Source: Macrostomum lignano
Lineage: Eukaryota
DNA length: 32,443 nt
Direction: 5' to 3'
NCBI GenBank assembly: GCA_002269645.1
Contig: NIVC01004883.1
Location: 1-32,443 of the forward strand
Shown piece by piece: positions 10,022-22,790 of this stretch (position 1 is its first letter; the number at the start of each line of letters is the position of its first letter). Below the pieces are notes generated by a model, which had not been told where the DNA came from, made no database searches, and worked only from the letters and a program-made list of their open reading frames with translations. Made by a program: the position numbers and the translations under genes.

Positions 10022-10665
10022 TTGGACTCGGAATCTTAGGGCCTGAGTAGCTTGTGCTTGGACTCGGAATCTTAGGGCCTAAGTAGCTTGTGCTTGGACT
10101 CGGAATCTTAGGGCCTAAGTAGCTTGTGCTTGGACTCGGAATCTTAGGGCCTAAGTAGCTTGTGCTTGGACTCGGAATCTTAGGGCCTAAGTAGCTTGTG
10201 CTTGGACTCGGAATCTTAGGGCCTAAGTAGCTTGTGCTTGGACTCGGAATCTTAGGGCCTGAGTAGCTTGTGCTTGGACTCGGAATCTTAGGGCCTAAGT
10301 AGCTTGTGCTTGGACTCGGAATCTTAGGGCCTAAGTAGCTTGTGCTTGGACTCGGAATCTTAGGGCCTAAGTAGCTTGTGCTTGGACTTGGAATCTTAGG
10401 GCCTAAGTAGCTTGTGCTTGGATTCGGAATCTTAGGGCCTGAGTAGCTTGTGCTTGGATTCGGAATCTTAGGGCCTGAGTAGCTTGTGCTTGGACTCGGA
10501 ATCTTAGGGCCTGAGTAGCTTGTGCTTGGACTCGGAATCTTAGGGCCTAAGTAGCTTGTGCTTGGATTCGGAATCTTAGGGCCTGAGTAGCTTGTGCTTG
10601 GACTCGGAATCTTAGGGCCTAAGTAGCTTGTGCTTAGACTCGGAATCTTAGGGCCTGAGTATCTT
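10022..10665. repeat. 36-bp minisatellite CTTGGACTCGGAATCTTAGGGCCTAAGTAGCTTGTG, about 18 copies
   Basis: Period 36 (10022 and 10058), head-to-tail with no spacers; internal palindrome CTTAGG-G-CCTAAG. Confidence 0.95.
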
Positions 10666-11909
10666 GTTTACTAAAAATTGACTGGAGGGTTGTCGTTCGA
10701 TTCACACACCATGAGGGCACAGAGACTGTACATACCTGATGATTAGAGCGTGTGTATGTGTACATGTCTGTGTGACAGCATCGGCGCGCTTGTATGTGCT
10801 CAGGGAGTCAGCGGAATGGGCAGAATTGCCTCGCCACTGGTGATGGGATGAGTTCAACAAGCGGACCCCTACTTTCTCATCCGGCTCATCTCATGCTCTC
10901 ACCCCAGACTAAAAGAACTCACCCTAAAGAAGCGCACGTTTTCCTTGTCAGAAATTGTCTGAAGCGACGGGCCGCCGCGACCTGCGGAGCTACTTTTCAC
11001 CATCTATCTCCCTCTCCTCTCTCTCGAGGCGCGGGATCGAATCTAGCTCAGCTGACCCCCAAGGCCGCTGGCTAATCTCGTCAGTTAGCATTCATAATCA
11101 GGCTCCAACCCGCTCCTCAGTATTCGATGCTTTCATCTCGAGAGAAGAGCCAAAAATTCATTCGGAATTGCTAATTGTTTCTGAACGATTCCCTATTTCT
11201 CGGCCGCTTGGCAAAAGTCACGTTCGCACGCGTCGATCGTTCCAGCAAAGAGAAGGCGCGAGAGAGGTAGAGAGAGAGAGAGAGGGGGTGGGGGCAGCAT
11301 AGGCAGGGTTGGCGGGCCGGGTTAAGCCGAAAATTTCTCTTCCAACTGAATTTCGTTCGTGGGCACTATTACCGAATTAATGTAATTCTTGACTCCCTTG
11401 GGACTAGCGCGAGTTATATATAGGATTTGCTCAGCTGAGCATCCCTGCTCGTACGCTCGTAATGCGCTCGTAAGCCACTTCTTTAATACTCTAATCTGTC
11501 TCTCACCAATACACACTGTTTTATGCATCTCCGAGCGCGCATATCGCCTCGCGCATGCCGGATATTTTCCCAACCGCCCTGAGACGGAGACGGGCGCGGC
11601 GGCAGCTTCTTCTGGGGCCCACGACCCAACCCAACTGGGGAGAAATCGCGTGACTGACGGAGCTGACGGTGGGAGTTGATGAGGAAATTCGCCCCGGCAA
11701 AAATTCTGCGTGTCGCTTAGCTGCCTTCTTTTTTGCCTGCCTGCCTGCTGCTTCGGCTGCTGCTCTTCAAAAATAATGGGAAATGGGTGAGAGGACGAGG
11801 GGAGATTTCTTCCTGCTCCGGAGCTGCTGCTGGACTTTCAAAGCGCTTCAAGACTCGCTTCACTTTGTGTTGGCACGCTAGGGTTTTCGAGCCATGGCAG
11901 CTCTTTTCT

Positions 11910-13297
11910 CAGATCCCAGATCCAGATCCCAGATCCAGATCCCAGATCCAGATCCCAGATCCAGATCCCAGATCCAGATCCCAGATCCAGATCCCAGATC
12001 CAGATCCCAGATCCAGATCCCAGATCCAGATCCCAGATCCAGATCCCAGATCCAGATCCCAGATCCAGATCCCAGATCCAGATCCCAGATCCAGATCCCA
12101 GATCCAGATCCCAGATCCAGATCCCAGATCCAGATCCCAGATCCAGATCCCAGATCCAGATCCCAGATCCAGATCCCAGATCCAGATCCCAGATCCAGAT
12201 CCCAGATCCAGATCCCAGATCCAGATCCCAGATCCAGATCCCAGATCCAGATCCCAGATCCAGATCCCAGATCCAGATCCCAGATCCAGATCCCAGATCC
12301 AGATCCCAGATCCAGATCCCAGATCCAGATCCCAGATCCAGATCCCAGATCCAGATCCCAGATCCAGATCCCAGATCCAGATCCCAGATCCAGATCCCAG
12401 ATCCAGATCCCAGATCCAGATCCCAGATCCAGATCCCAGATCCAGATCCCAGATCCAGATCCCAGATCCAGATCCCAGATCCAGATCCCAGATCCAGATC
12501 CCAGATCCAGATCCCAGATCCAGATCCCAGATCCAGATCCCAGATCCAGATCCCAGATCCAGATCCCAGATCCAGATCCCAGATCCAGATCCCAGATCCA
12601 GATCCCAGATCCAGATCCCAGATCCAGATCCCAGATCCAGATCCCAGATCCAGATCCCAGATCCAGATCCCAGATCCAGATCCCAGATCCAGATCCCAGA
12701 TCCAGATCCCAGATCCAGATCCCAGATCCAGATCCCAGATCCAGATCCCAGATCCAGATCCCAGATCCAGATCCCAGATCCAGATCCCAGATCCAGATCC
12801 CAGATCCAGATCCCAGATCCAGATCCCAGATCCAGATCCCAGATCCAGATCCCAGATCCAGATCCCAGATCCAGATCCCAGATCCAGATCCCAGATCCAG
12901 ATCCCAGATCCAGATCCCAGATCCAGATCCCAGATCCAGATCCCAGATCCAGATCCCAGATCCAGATCCCAGATCCAGATCCCAGATCCAGATCCCAGAT
13001 CCAGATCCCAGATCCAGATCCCAGATCCAGATCCCAGATCCAGATCCCAGATCCAGATCCCAGATCCAGATCCCAGATCCAGATCCCAGATCCAGATCCC
13101 AGATCCAGATCCCAGATCCAGATCCCAGATCCAGATCCCAGATCCAGATCCCAGATCCAGATCCCAGATCCAGATCCCAGATCCAGATCCCAGATCCAGA
13201 TCCCAGATCCAGATCCCAGATCCAGATCCCAGATCCAGATCCCAGATCCAGATCCCAGATCCAGATCCCAGATCCAGATCCCAGATCCAGATCCAGA
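11910..13297. repeat. Perfect 13-bp tandem repeat AGATCCCAGATCC, about 106 copies
   Basis: Alternating 7+6 subunits; I saw no substitution or indel over about 1.39 kb. Confidence 0.98.
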
Positions 13298-14109
13298 TTT
13301 CCTGTAAAATTAATTGTCTCAGTCTGAATGAATAATTCAATAGCAATCTTTCTCTCCGAGTCGTCCCATCCCCAGTGCGCATCGGAGACAACTCAGCTGC
13401 TACTCAGCTTTCCTCCCTAGATTTCCCTAGTGCCAGGAGGACCTTTAATGCGATAATGCTTTGGCCCGGGGTGTTGTGTTGCTTGACAAAACCAGTCAAG
13501 AAGCTCTTCATTCTGGATTCTCTCCCCCCACTGCCCCTCTCTGCCTCTCCTGCGCTCAGAGGTAACATGAGAACAGCAGATAGAGCGAAAATTAATAAGC
13601 TCAATATCCAATATAGTGGGGGAACAGCACGGATAGCTGTAGAGCAGAGCTTTCTGAGCTCAAAGTCAACAACAGAATCCCGCTGGCGCATTCTGTCTCT
13701 CTTCTCTCTCCTTGTCTGTCTCCGCATGTTTTTTCGTTTTTTGAGTTTATAAAATGAAATTGGAGATTGGACTCGTTTAAATTTGATGCAGAACGAACTC
13801 ATTGGAATCTGAGGAAGATTTTGCTTTGCCACGTTCCCCAACTTTCTGGCGCCAGAAGCAGCAGAGCAAGGATAACAGGATAACAAGGACCGAAGCTAAT
13901 TCACTTTTTCCCCGCTTGCTCCGGGCCACTCGCATCCCTGACTTTCGTTTATTCCCTGCCTGATCCCCCCTTCTCTGCTGCTCTCGTAACGTTCCGCCAA
14001 CAGTCTTCGGTCATGTCCTTCTCAATACTCTTCCTATCATAACTTGCCAAATTAAATTTGTCATGCCAAAACCTGGCTGAACTCAGTAAAATGAGTGGGA
14101 GAAAATGCT

Positions 14110-14287
14110 GGGATAAATGGTAGATAAGTAGGAGATTAATGGGGGTATTTAGGCAAATGGGGATATGGGGGGCAAATGGGGAAAAGTAGGTATGAATTGG
14201 GATATATGGGGATAAATATGGGAAAAATGGGGATAAATGGGGTAAATGGGGATAAATAAGAATAAATAAGGATAAATATGGGATAAC
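14110..14287. repeat. Degenerate ~10-bp purine-rich repeat (GGATAAATGG-like)
   Basis: Recurring GGATAAATGG / GGATAAATAA motifs. Confidence 0.75.
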
Positions 14288-15143
14288 AGCCGGATCGATA
14301 AATAACTTTGCTCTTCCAAGTACTTTCTAGTGAGTTTGAGCCCTGGCGGCATGGGCTGGCTACTACTGGCAAGACAGGGCCAGATTGAGCAGTGGTCGGG
14401 CAGTTTTGGATAATGAGCGGAGGGAGAAGAGATCGAGAGCCTCAACCTCTAACGCCAGTCCCGTCTTCCTTCTTGTCCCTCGCAAGGCCCGCAGACTGGC
14501 TAGGACAAGAGGCTTCAGCGCTTTCTCCACCTCCCGTCATTTATCCCAAAAAGGGGAAGCGAGAAAGAGAGAGAGAGGAGTAGGAAGCCAGAGTAAGTTA
14601 TCCCGGGGGGTCGCCAGTCGCCCATGTCCTGAGAGCGCGGGGACGCAGCCTCCCCGCGGGCCCTTCATTCTGGTTTCATTGGCATGAGAATCGGAGAGTT
14701 GGCCTGAGTCGGATCCATGAAAAATTGCTCCCCAGATGGCTTCAGGAAGCATGTATTTGATGCTTTAAAGGCGTTCTAGAGACGTTATAGGTCTGCAATA
14801 AGAGAATGTTCTTTACGACCTGTGAACCTTATGGAGCGGTAGCCTTGGGCTTTTTCTTTTATATTTTTTACTGCTCTTTGAAAAATTAATCCGCGTGTTT
14901 TTGCTAAATCTCGACCACATGCAGATCAAAGCTTTGACGATTGGGCAATTTGCGTGACTGCATTTATGAGCTGGAATGATGACGAAGAAATGGGATGAGT
15001 AAAATGTATCCCCCACTTGCCCCGGGCGAACGTCTATGGTCTCTTTCTTCTTTCATTTTATGGTGTCTATTTTTGTTGATCTGTTTGGGCTTTCATTTTC
15101 CATTCTGAGCTAATCACTTTTACTTGTGCCACCAACCGATCGA

Positions 15144-17647
15144 TATATACTGGCACCGTGATCCCACCGCTGTCACCACCCTATCTATATACTGGCACCG
15201 TGATCCCACCGCTGTCACCACCCTATCTATATACTGGCACCGTGATCCCACCGCTGTCACCACCCTATCAATATACTGGCACCGTGATCCCACCGCTGTC
15301 ACCACCCTATCAATATACTGGCACCGTGATCCCACCGCTGTCACCACCCTATCAATATACTGGCACCGTGATCCCACCGCTGTCACCACCCTATCAATAT
15401 ACTGGCACCGTGATCCCACCGCTGTCACCACCCTATCAATATACTGGCACCGTGATCCCACCGCTGTCACCACCCTATCAATATACTGGCACCGTGATCC
15501 CACCGCTGTCACCACCCTATCAATATACTGGCACCGTGATCCCACCGCTGTCACCACCCTATCAATATACTGGCACCGTGATCCCACCGCTGTCACCACC
15601 CTATCAATATACTGGCACCGTGATCCCACCGCTGTCACCACCCTATCAATATACTGGCACCGTGATCCCACCGCTGTCACCACCCTATCAATATACTGGC
15701 ACCGTGATCCCACCGCTGTCACCATCCTATCAATATACTGGCACCGTGATCCCACCGCTGTCACCACCCTATCAATATACTGGCACCGTGATCCCACCGC
15801 TGTCACCACCCTATCAATATACTGGCACCGTGATCCCACCGCTGTCACCACCCTATCAATATACTGGCACCGTGATCCCACCGCTGTCACCACCCTATCA
15901 ATATACTGGCACCGTGATCCCACCGCTGTCACCACCCTATCAATATACTGGCACCGTGATCCCACCGCTGTCACCACCCTATCAATATACTGGCACCGTG
16001 ATCCCACCGCTGTCACCACCCTATCAATATACTGGCACCGTGATCCCACCGCTGTCACCACCCTATCAATATACTGGCACCGTGATCCCACCGCTGTCAC
16101 CACCCTATCAATATACTGGCACCGTGATCCCACCGCTGTCACCACCCTATCAATATACTGGCACCGTGATCCCACCGCTGTCACCACCCTATCAATATAC
16201 TGGCACCGTGATCCCACCGCTGTCACCACCCTATCAATATACTGGCACCGTGATCCCACCGCTGTCACCACCCTATCAATATACTGGCACCGTGATCCCA
16301 CCGCTGTCACCACCCTATCAATATACTGGCACCGTGATCCCACCGCTGTCACCATCCTATCAATATACTGGCACCGTGATCCCACCGCTGTCACCACCCT
16401 ATCAATATACTGGCACCGTGATCCCACCGCTGTCACCACCCTATCAATATACTGGCACCGTGATCCCACCGCTGTCACCATCCTATCAATATACTGGCAC
16501 CGTGATCCCACCGCTGTCACCATCCTATCAATATACTGGCACCGTGATCCCACCGCTGTCACCACCCTATCAATATACTGGCACCGTGATCCCACCGCTG
16601 TCACCACCCTATCAATATACTGGCACCGTGATCCCACCGCTGTCACCATCCTATCAATATACTGACACCGTGATCCCACCGCTGTCACCATCCTATCAAT
16701 ATACTGGCACCGTGATCCCACCGCTGTCACCATCCTATCAATATACTGGCACCGTGATCCCACCGCTGTCACCACCCTATCAATATACTGGCACCGTGAT
16801 CCCACCGCTGTCACCATCCTATCAATATACTGACACCGTGATCCCACCGCTGTCACCATCCTATCAATATACTGGCACCGTGATCCCACCGCTGTCACCA
16901 TCCTATCAATATACTGGCACCGTGATCCCACCGCTGTCACCACCCTATCAATATACTGGCACCGTGATCCCACCGCTGTCACCATCCTATCAATATACTG
17001 ACACCGTGATCCCACCGCTGTCACCATCCTATCAATATACTGGCACCGTGATCCCACCGCTGTCACCATCCTATCAATATACTGGCACCGTGATCCCACC
17101 GCTGTCACCACCCTATCAATATACTGGCACCGTGATCCCACCGCTGTCACCATCCTATCAATATACTGGCACCGTGATCCCACCGCTGTCACCACCCTAT
17201 CAATATACTGGCACCGTGATCCCACCGCTGTCACCATCCTATCAATATACTGACACCGTGATCCCACCGCTGTCACCACCCTATCAATATACTGGCACCG
17301 TGATCCCACCGCTGTCACCACCCTATCAATATACTGGCACCGTGATCCCACCGCTGTCACCACCCTATCTATATACTGGCACCGTGATCCCACCGCTGTC
17401 ACCACCCTATCAATATACTGGCACCGTGATCCCACCGCTGTCACCATCCTATCAATATACTGGCACCGTGATCTAACCGCTGTCACCACCCTATCTATAT
17501 ACTGGCACCGTGATCCCACCGCTGTCACCACCCTATCAATATACTGGCACCGTGATCCCACCGCTGTCACCATCCTATCAATATACTGACACCGTGATCC
17601 CACCGCTGTCACCATCCTATCAATATACTGGCACCGTGATCCCACCG
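15144..17647. repeat. 42-bp minisatellite ATATACTGGCACCGTGATCCCACCGCTGTCACCACCCTATCA, about 59 copies
   Basis: Period 42 (14-aa ORF repeats), with three recurrent point variants. Confidence 0.97.
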
Positions 17648-20029
17648 CCCGCCACAGTAAATTATCTTATACATGTAACGTACAAAAAAAAACTTAGTTT
17701 GATTGAAAGCGTAGCAATCGAAACTTTTCCAGAAATTCTTGTTTACAATGCCGATATTTTTTTCCTTAAATGCACATCTTTCTACTGCTCAGTAGTGTAT
17801 CATGAAAGTTTGTTTTCTCTTTACACTCCCGAGTCTTTAGGACAAACTGTACTGAACTTATTGGTAAATGAAGTACAATGTTCTGTTGTTCTGAGCTGGT
17901 AGTTTCGATATAAAAGCACACTATAAAAAACAAATCGTTACAAATATAACAATTTAAGTATGAAAATCTAAGAGGCCAAAGCTATTATTGTTGTCTACTT
18001 TTACAATTCCTTCAAGTCTGCTTTTTTGGGGACTACTTTAAAAAAAATCAGCCAGCTGAGCGCAGATAACAGCTCAGCGACTGAGAAATATCAAATTATT
18101 CGCCTTTGCCTTTCCTCGCCAAGCTTTTATTTGATTCTCGCCTGCTTGCCCGAGACGGCGCATCTGGCTCTCATTGTGCGACTTGCGCCCCTCTGCAACC
18201 CGCCCTTGGGATCCGGTTTCCGCTGCTGCCATTCTCCACCTCTTTCCCCCGTTATCCCAAGCAGAATCCCTAGGAGCCCCCCCCGCGTGTGCGCTCGTTG
18301 AAACTTCTCAGATCTCAGGCTCAGCTTGTTAATGCGAGGCGTAAAGAGGGAAAGCGATGGGAAGAAAGCTGGCGAGAAATTTCCCGAGGACGCAAATTTC
18401 CCAGTGCTACCCTCTCCGATATACTGCAGAGTTGAGAAAGAGTAGGATTGACTTTGTGGGATGCTATCCCTCTTTTATCCTGTCGGCTGCTGTCTCTCTG
18501 CCGTTTCCCTTCACATCTGCTTGGCACTTTCCTAATTCTTTGTGTGTCATCACCTAAAATTACTCTGCCTGTTTGTCCGCTTTTAAGAAGTTCCAGCTAA
18601 GAACTTTAAATTTGTGGGCAAGGGGATTATAATCTTATTTGGTTGGGGGGGGGGGCTGGCACACTCTCGCTAGATTATCCTGCCTGCAATACAATATTAT
18701 AAAAGTGCAGAGATGCCCTGCTGTGTGTGTGTTTTCGTTGATGACGCTCCAATGAAGGGATGCATTCCCATTACGCTTGACTGCCTCTGCGCCCTTCGCC
18801 TTGCTTCCATTTTTCCCTCTCCCTCTCTCTCTCTGGCAAAAGAAGACTGAAGCAGTATAGCTGCCCTCGCAGGCCTCGCGTTTTCGCTCAGCCCAAAGTA
18901 GCCGGTCGAGCGATTAATTTGAGCTTCGAATCCACAGCGCGGACAAACGCATCGATTGGTTTAGCAAGACATTAAATCTGCACTGCGTTCAAACTTCTAA
19001 AAGGGTCAAAATAAAGGTTAGCAGAGGTTGGCAGTGTTGCAATATTTTTATATCGAAATTTACTTTTCCAAGAATTTCAATAAATTATCAAATCAATTTC
19101 TTTCTACGACCAATGTAACAATATCGAATGATCTTATTTGAAACTGGATATCCCATTTTGTTTGAGCACACTGGCCAGGTGACCGGATGAGGGACTAGCT
19201 GACAAAGATTCATTGCCTTGATTAGCCCCGTGCCATGGCGCCCTGGGAGAGGTGAAGAACGGTACAAGATTTCCTGGAAAGTCGCGCACTTCCTTTGTAA
19301 GCCCTTTGTGAAGCTCTAATGCGAGCCCAGTCATCGTTGAGTTTCTATTTTGACATTGAGATCGGATGAGCTGTAGCTTAGATTTGCATCCGTTGATGCA
19401 CAACACGGACAATGTCCCGAGAAGCAAGGGCTTATCTGCTCTTGGATTTGCAGATCAAACAGCCTCCTGCAGGTAAGCAAGTCAAAGGGCTCACTTGCAA
19501 TGGAAATACTCGACAGACATTCGGACAGACACACTCAGAATTCTCCAACTGTCTATAGGGGAAAAATGAAAATTCCCTTTCCTACGAAAATCGAGCGGTC
19601 ACGCCATCGCTTCTCTTTTCCTCAAGGTCTTCTGGCCCGGCTTTCCTGTGTGTTTCAGAGGGGGGTTGAGGTGACCGACCCTCTCTATATTCTATACTGT
19701 GGGGGATCTTGCGAGGTCAATTATAATTTTACTTACCTGGCACATCTGGTCAGACTGCAGCGCGTGCTACCTGAGACCCTCTCTTCTCGTCTCCTTTACA
19801 AGATCGCGATAATGATGGCTCGAATGAAGACCATTAGGGGCATCGTGTCCAGCGTTAATTTTTTTGCTCGCTGCTTCCTTGTAACTTGAATTTATTATTC
19901 ACTCTTAATGCTTTATAGCTCACGTTAGCACTCAATAGGGCAGCCCATGCCATCAAACTCGCACTACCTTGTGCTCAGACGATTGAATGTGACTTCCATG
20001 CAGGTGACTCCGAACAAATCCGAGACTGT

Positions 20030-20980
20030 GCATCTCAGTGTCTCTATCAAAGTGTCATTTCACCTCAGTGTCTTCCATCTCATCTCATCTCAGAGTCTCT
20101 CATCTCAGTGTCTCTCATCTCAGTGTCTCAGTGTCTCTCATCTCAGTGTCTCAGTGTCTCTCATCTCAGTGTCTCAGTGTCTCTCATCTCAGTGTCTCAG
20201 TGTCTCTCATCTCAGTGTCTCAGTGTCTCTCATCTCAGTGTCTCAGTGTCTCTCATCTCAGTGTCTCAGTGTCTCTCATCTCAGTATCTCTATCAAAGTG
20301 TCATTTCACCTCAGTGTCTTCCATCTCATCTCATCTCAGAGTCTCTCATCTCAGTGTCTCTCATCTCAGTGTCTCAGTGTCTCTCATCTCAGTGTCTCTC
20401 ATCTCAGTGTCTCTATCAAAGTGTCATTTCACCTCAGTGTCTTCCATCTCATCTCATCTCAGAGTCTCTCATCTCAGTGTCTCCCATCTTAGTCTCTTAT
20501 CTCAGTGTCTCTCATCTCAGTGTCTCTCATTTTAGTGTCTCTCATCTCAGTGTCTCCCATCTCAGTGTCTCTCATCTCAATGTCTCTCATCTCAGTGTCT
20601 CCCATCTTAGTGTCTCTCATCTCAGTGTCTCTCATCTCAGTGTCTCTCATCTCAGTGTCTCAGTGTCTCTCATCTCAGTGTCTCAGTGTCTCTCATCTCA
20701 GTGTCTCCCATCTCAGTGTCTCTCATCTCAATGTCTCTCATCTCAGTGTCTCTCATCTCAGTGTCTCCCATCTCATCTCATCTCAGTGTCTCTCATCTCA
20801 GTGTCTCCCATCTCATCTCATCTCAGTGTCTCTCATCTCAGTGTCTCCCATCTCAGTGTCTCTCATCTCAGTGTCTCCCATCTCATCTCATCTCAGTGTC
20901 TCTTATCTCATTGTCTCTCATCTCAGTGTCTCCCATCTTAGTCTCTTATCTCAGTGTCTCTCATCTCAATGTCTCTCATG
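20030..20980. repeat. Compound repeat of CTCAGTGT / CTCAT(CT) submotifs (main unit about 15 bp, TCTCATCTCAGTGTC)
   Basis: Shuffled 5-8-nt submotifs; the block CTCTATCAAAGTGTCATTTCACC recurs at 20042, 20288 and 20411. Confidence 0.92.
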
Positions 20981-21509
20981 TCTGCTTTACCAGTCTCTCG
21001 TTATCCTTTATCTCTTATCTACCCCTTTTCTAAGCCTTTTGTGTCGGCAGTTTTAAGTCTATCTTAAAGAAAAACGATTTGAGTTCTTTTCCCTGCCCCA
21101 CTTCAATTCCATCCATCTGCCTTTCTTCTTTTCTTCTACTTTGATTTAGTCGATTAAAAATCCTCATCTTTTATATGGGGGTCATGTTCTTCATTCTCTT
21201 TGGCCAATTTAATCTCCCGCTAAACGCTTTCATTTCTAAAATTGGTGGCCTGGCACGAAAAAAAAACATAAAATATAACTATAACAAAATCTAAGCTTAA
21301 ATTTCTGAAATCATTTGCACGTGACTTCTCCCTTCTTCCGGGGCTTGGCCCTGGTATTAAAGTGTGGATTTAGAGCTGCCTTTTTCCACATGAATCTCTG
21401 TATGTATCTATCTTATTCTATCTTTAATCCTGGGTCTAAGAGATGTGTCGCATTTTTTCCACCTCAATTCCTGCACCTCGGGGTCATACTACGCTCATAC
21501 TTCAGGTCA

Positions 21510-22790
21510 CATCCTGTACTCAACCAAACATCCTGTGCTTGATCTTTTACCCTGTACTTAGCTAGCCACACATCCTGTACTCAATCTCACATCCTGTACT
21601 CAATCTCACATTCTGTACTCAATCTCACATCCTGTACTCAATCTCACATCCTGTACTCAATCTCACATCCTGTACTCAATCTCACATTCTGTACTCCATC
21701 TCACATTCTGCACTCAATCTCACATCCTGTACTCAATCTCACATCCTGTACTCAATCTCACATCCTGTACTCCATCTCACATCCTGTACTCAATCTCACA
21801 TCCTGTACTCAATCTCACATCCTGTACTCAATCTCACATCCTGTACTCAATCTCACATCCTGTACTCAATCTCACATCCTGTACTCAATCTCACATCCTG
21901 TACTCAATCTCACATCCTGTACTCAATCTCACATTCTGCACTCAATCTCACATCCTGTACTCAATCTCACATCCTGTACTCAATCTCACATCCTGTACTC
22001 AATCTCACAGGATCTGTACTCAATCTCACATCCTGTACTCAATCTCACATCCTGTACTCAATCTCACATCCTGTACTCAATCTCACATCCTGTACTCAAT
22101 CTCACATCCTGTACTCAATCTCACATCCTGTACTCAATCTCACAGGATCTGTACTCAATCTCACATCCTGTACTCAATCTCACATTCTGCACTCAATCTC
22201 ACATCCTGTACTCAATCTCACAGGATCTGTACTCAATCTCACATCCTGTACTCAATCTCACATCCTGTACTCAATCTCACAGGATCTGTACTCAATCTCA
22301 CAGGATCTGTACTCAATCTCACAGGATCTATACTCGATCTCACAGGATCTGTACTCAATCTCACAGGATCTGTACTCAATCTCACAGGATCAGTACTCAA
22401 TCTCACATCCTGTACTCAATCTCACACCATGTACTCAATCTCACATTCTGCACTCAATCTCACAGGATCTGTACTCAATCTCACAGGATCTGTACTCAAT
22501 CTCACAGGATCTGTACTCAATCTCCCATTCTGTACTCAATCTCACAGGATCTGTACTCAATCTCCCATTCTGTACTCAATCTCACAGGATCTGTACTCAA
22601 TCTCCCATTCTGTACTCAATCTCACACCATGTACTCAATCTCACATCCTGTACTCAATCTCACAGGATCTGTACTCAATCTTACAGGATCTGTACTCAAT
22701 CTCACATCCTGTACTCAATCTCACATCCTGTACTCAATCTCACATCCTGTACTCAATATCACATCCTGTACTCAATCTCACACCATATGA
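21510..22790. repeat. 19/21-bp minisatellite ACATCCTGTACTCAATCTC / ACAGGATCTGTACTCAATCTC
   Basis: Period 19 in the 5' part; the 21-bp variant appears from about 22008. Confidence 0.95.

Noticed and set aside
10022-10665. CRISPR array (36-bp palindromic repeat)
   Set aside because: No unique spacers, no cas genes, eukaryotic context.
13404-13886. Hydrophobic helix as the missing Syt7 transmembrane exon
   Set aside because: It lies 13 kb downstream (3') of the Syt7 stop on the minus strand, so it cannot supply the N-terminus.
15120-17645. 841/772/513-aa 14-residue repeat proteins
   Set aside because: Three overlapping frames on two strands are open, variants show no synonymous preference, and the track starts are non-ATG; a minisatellite explains them.
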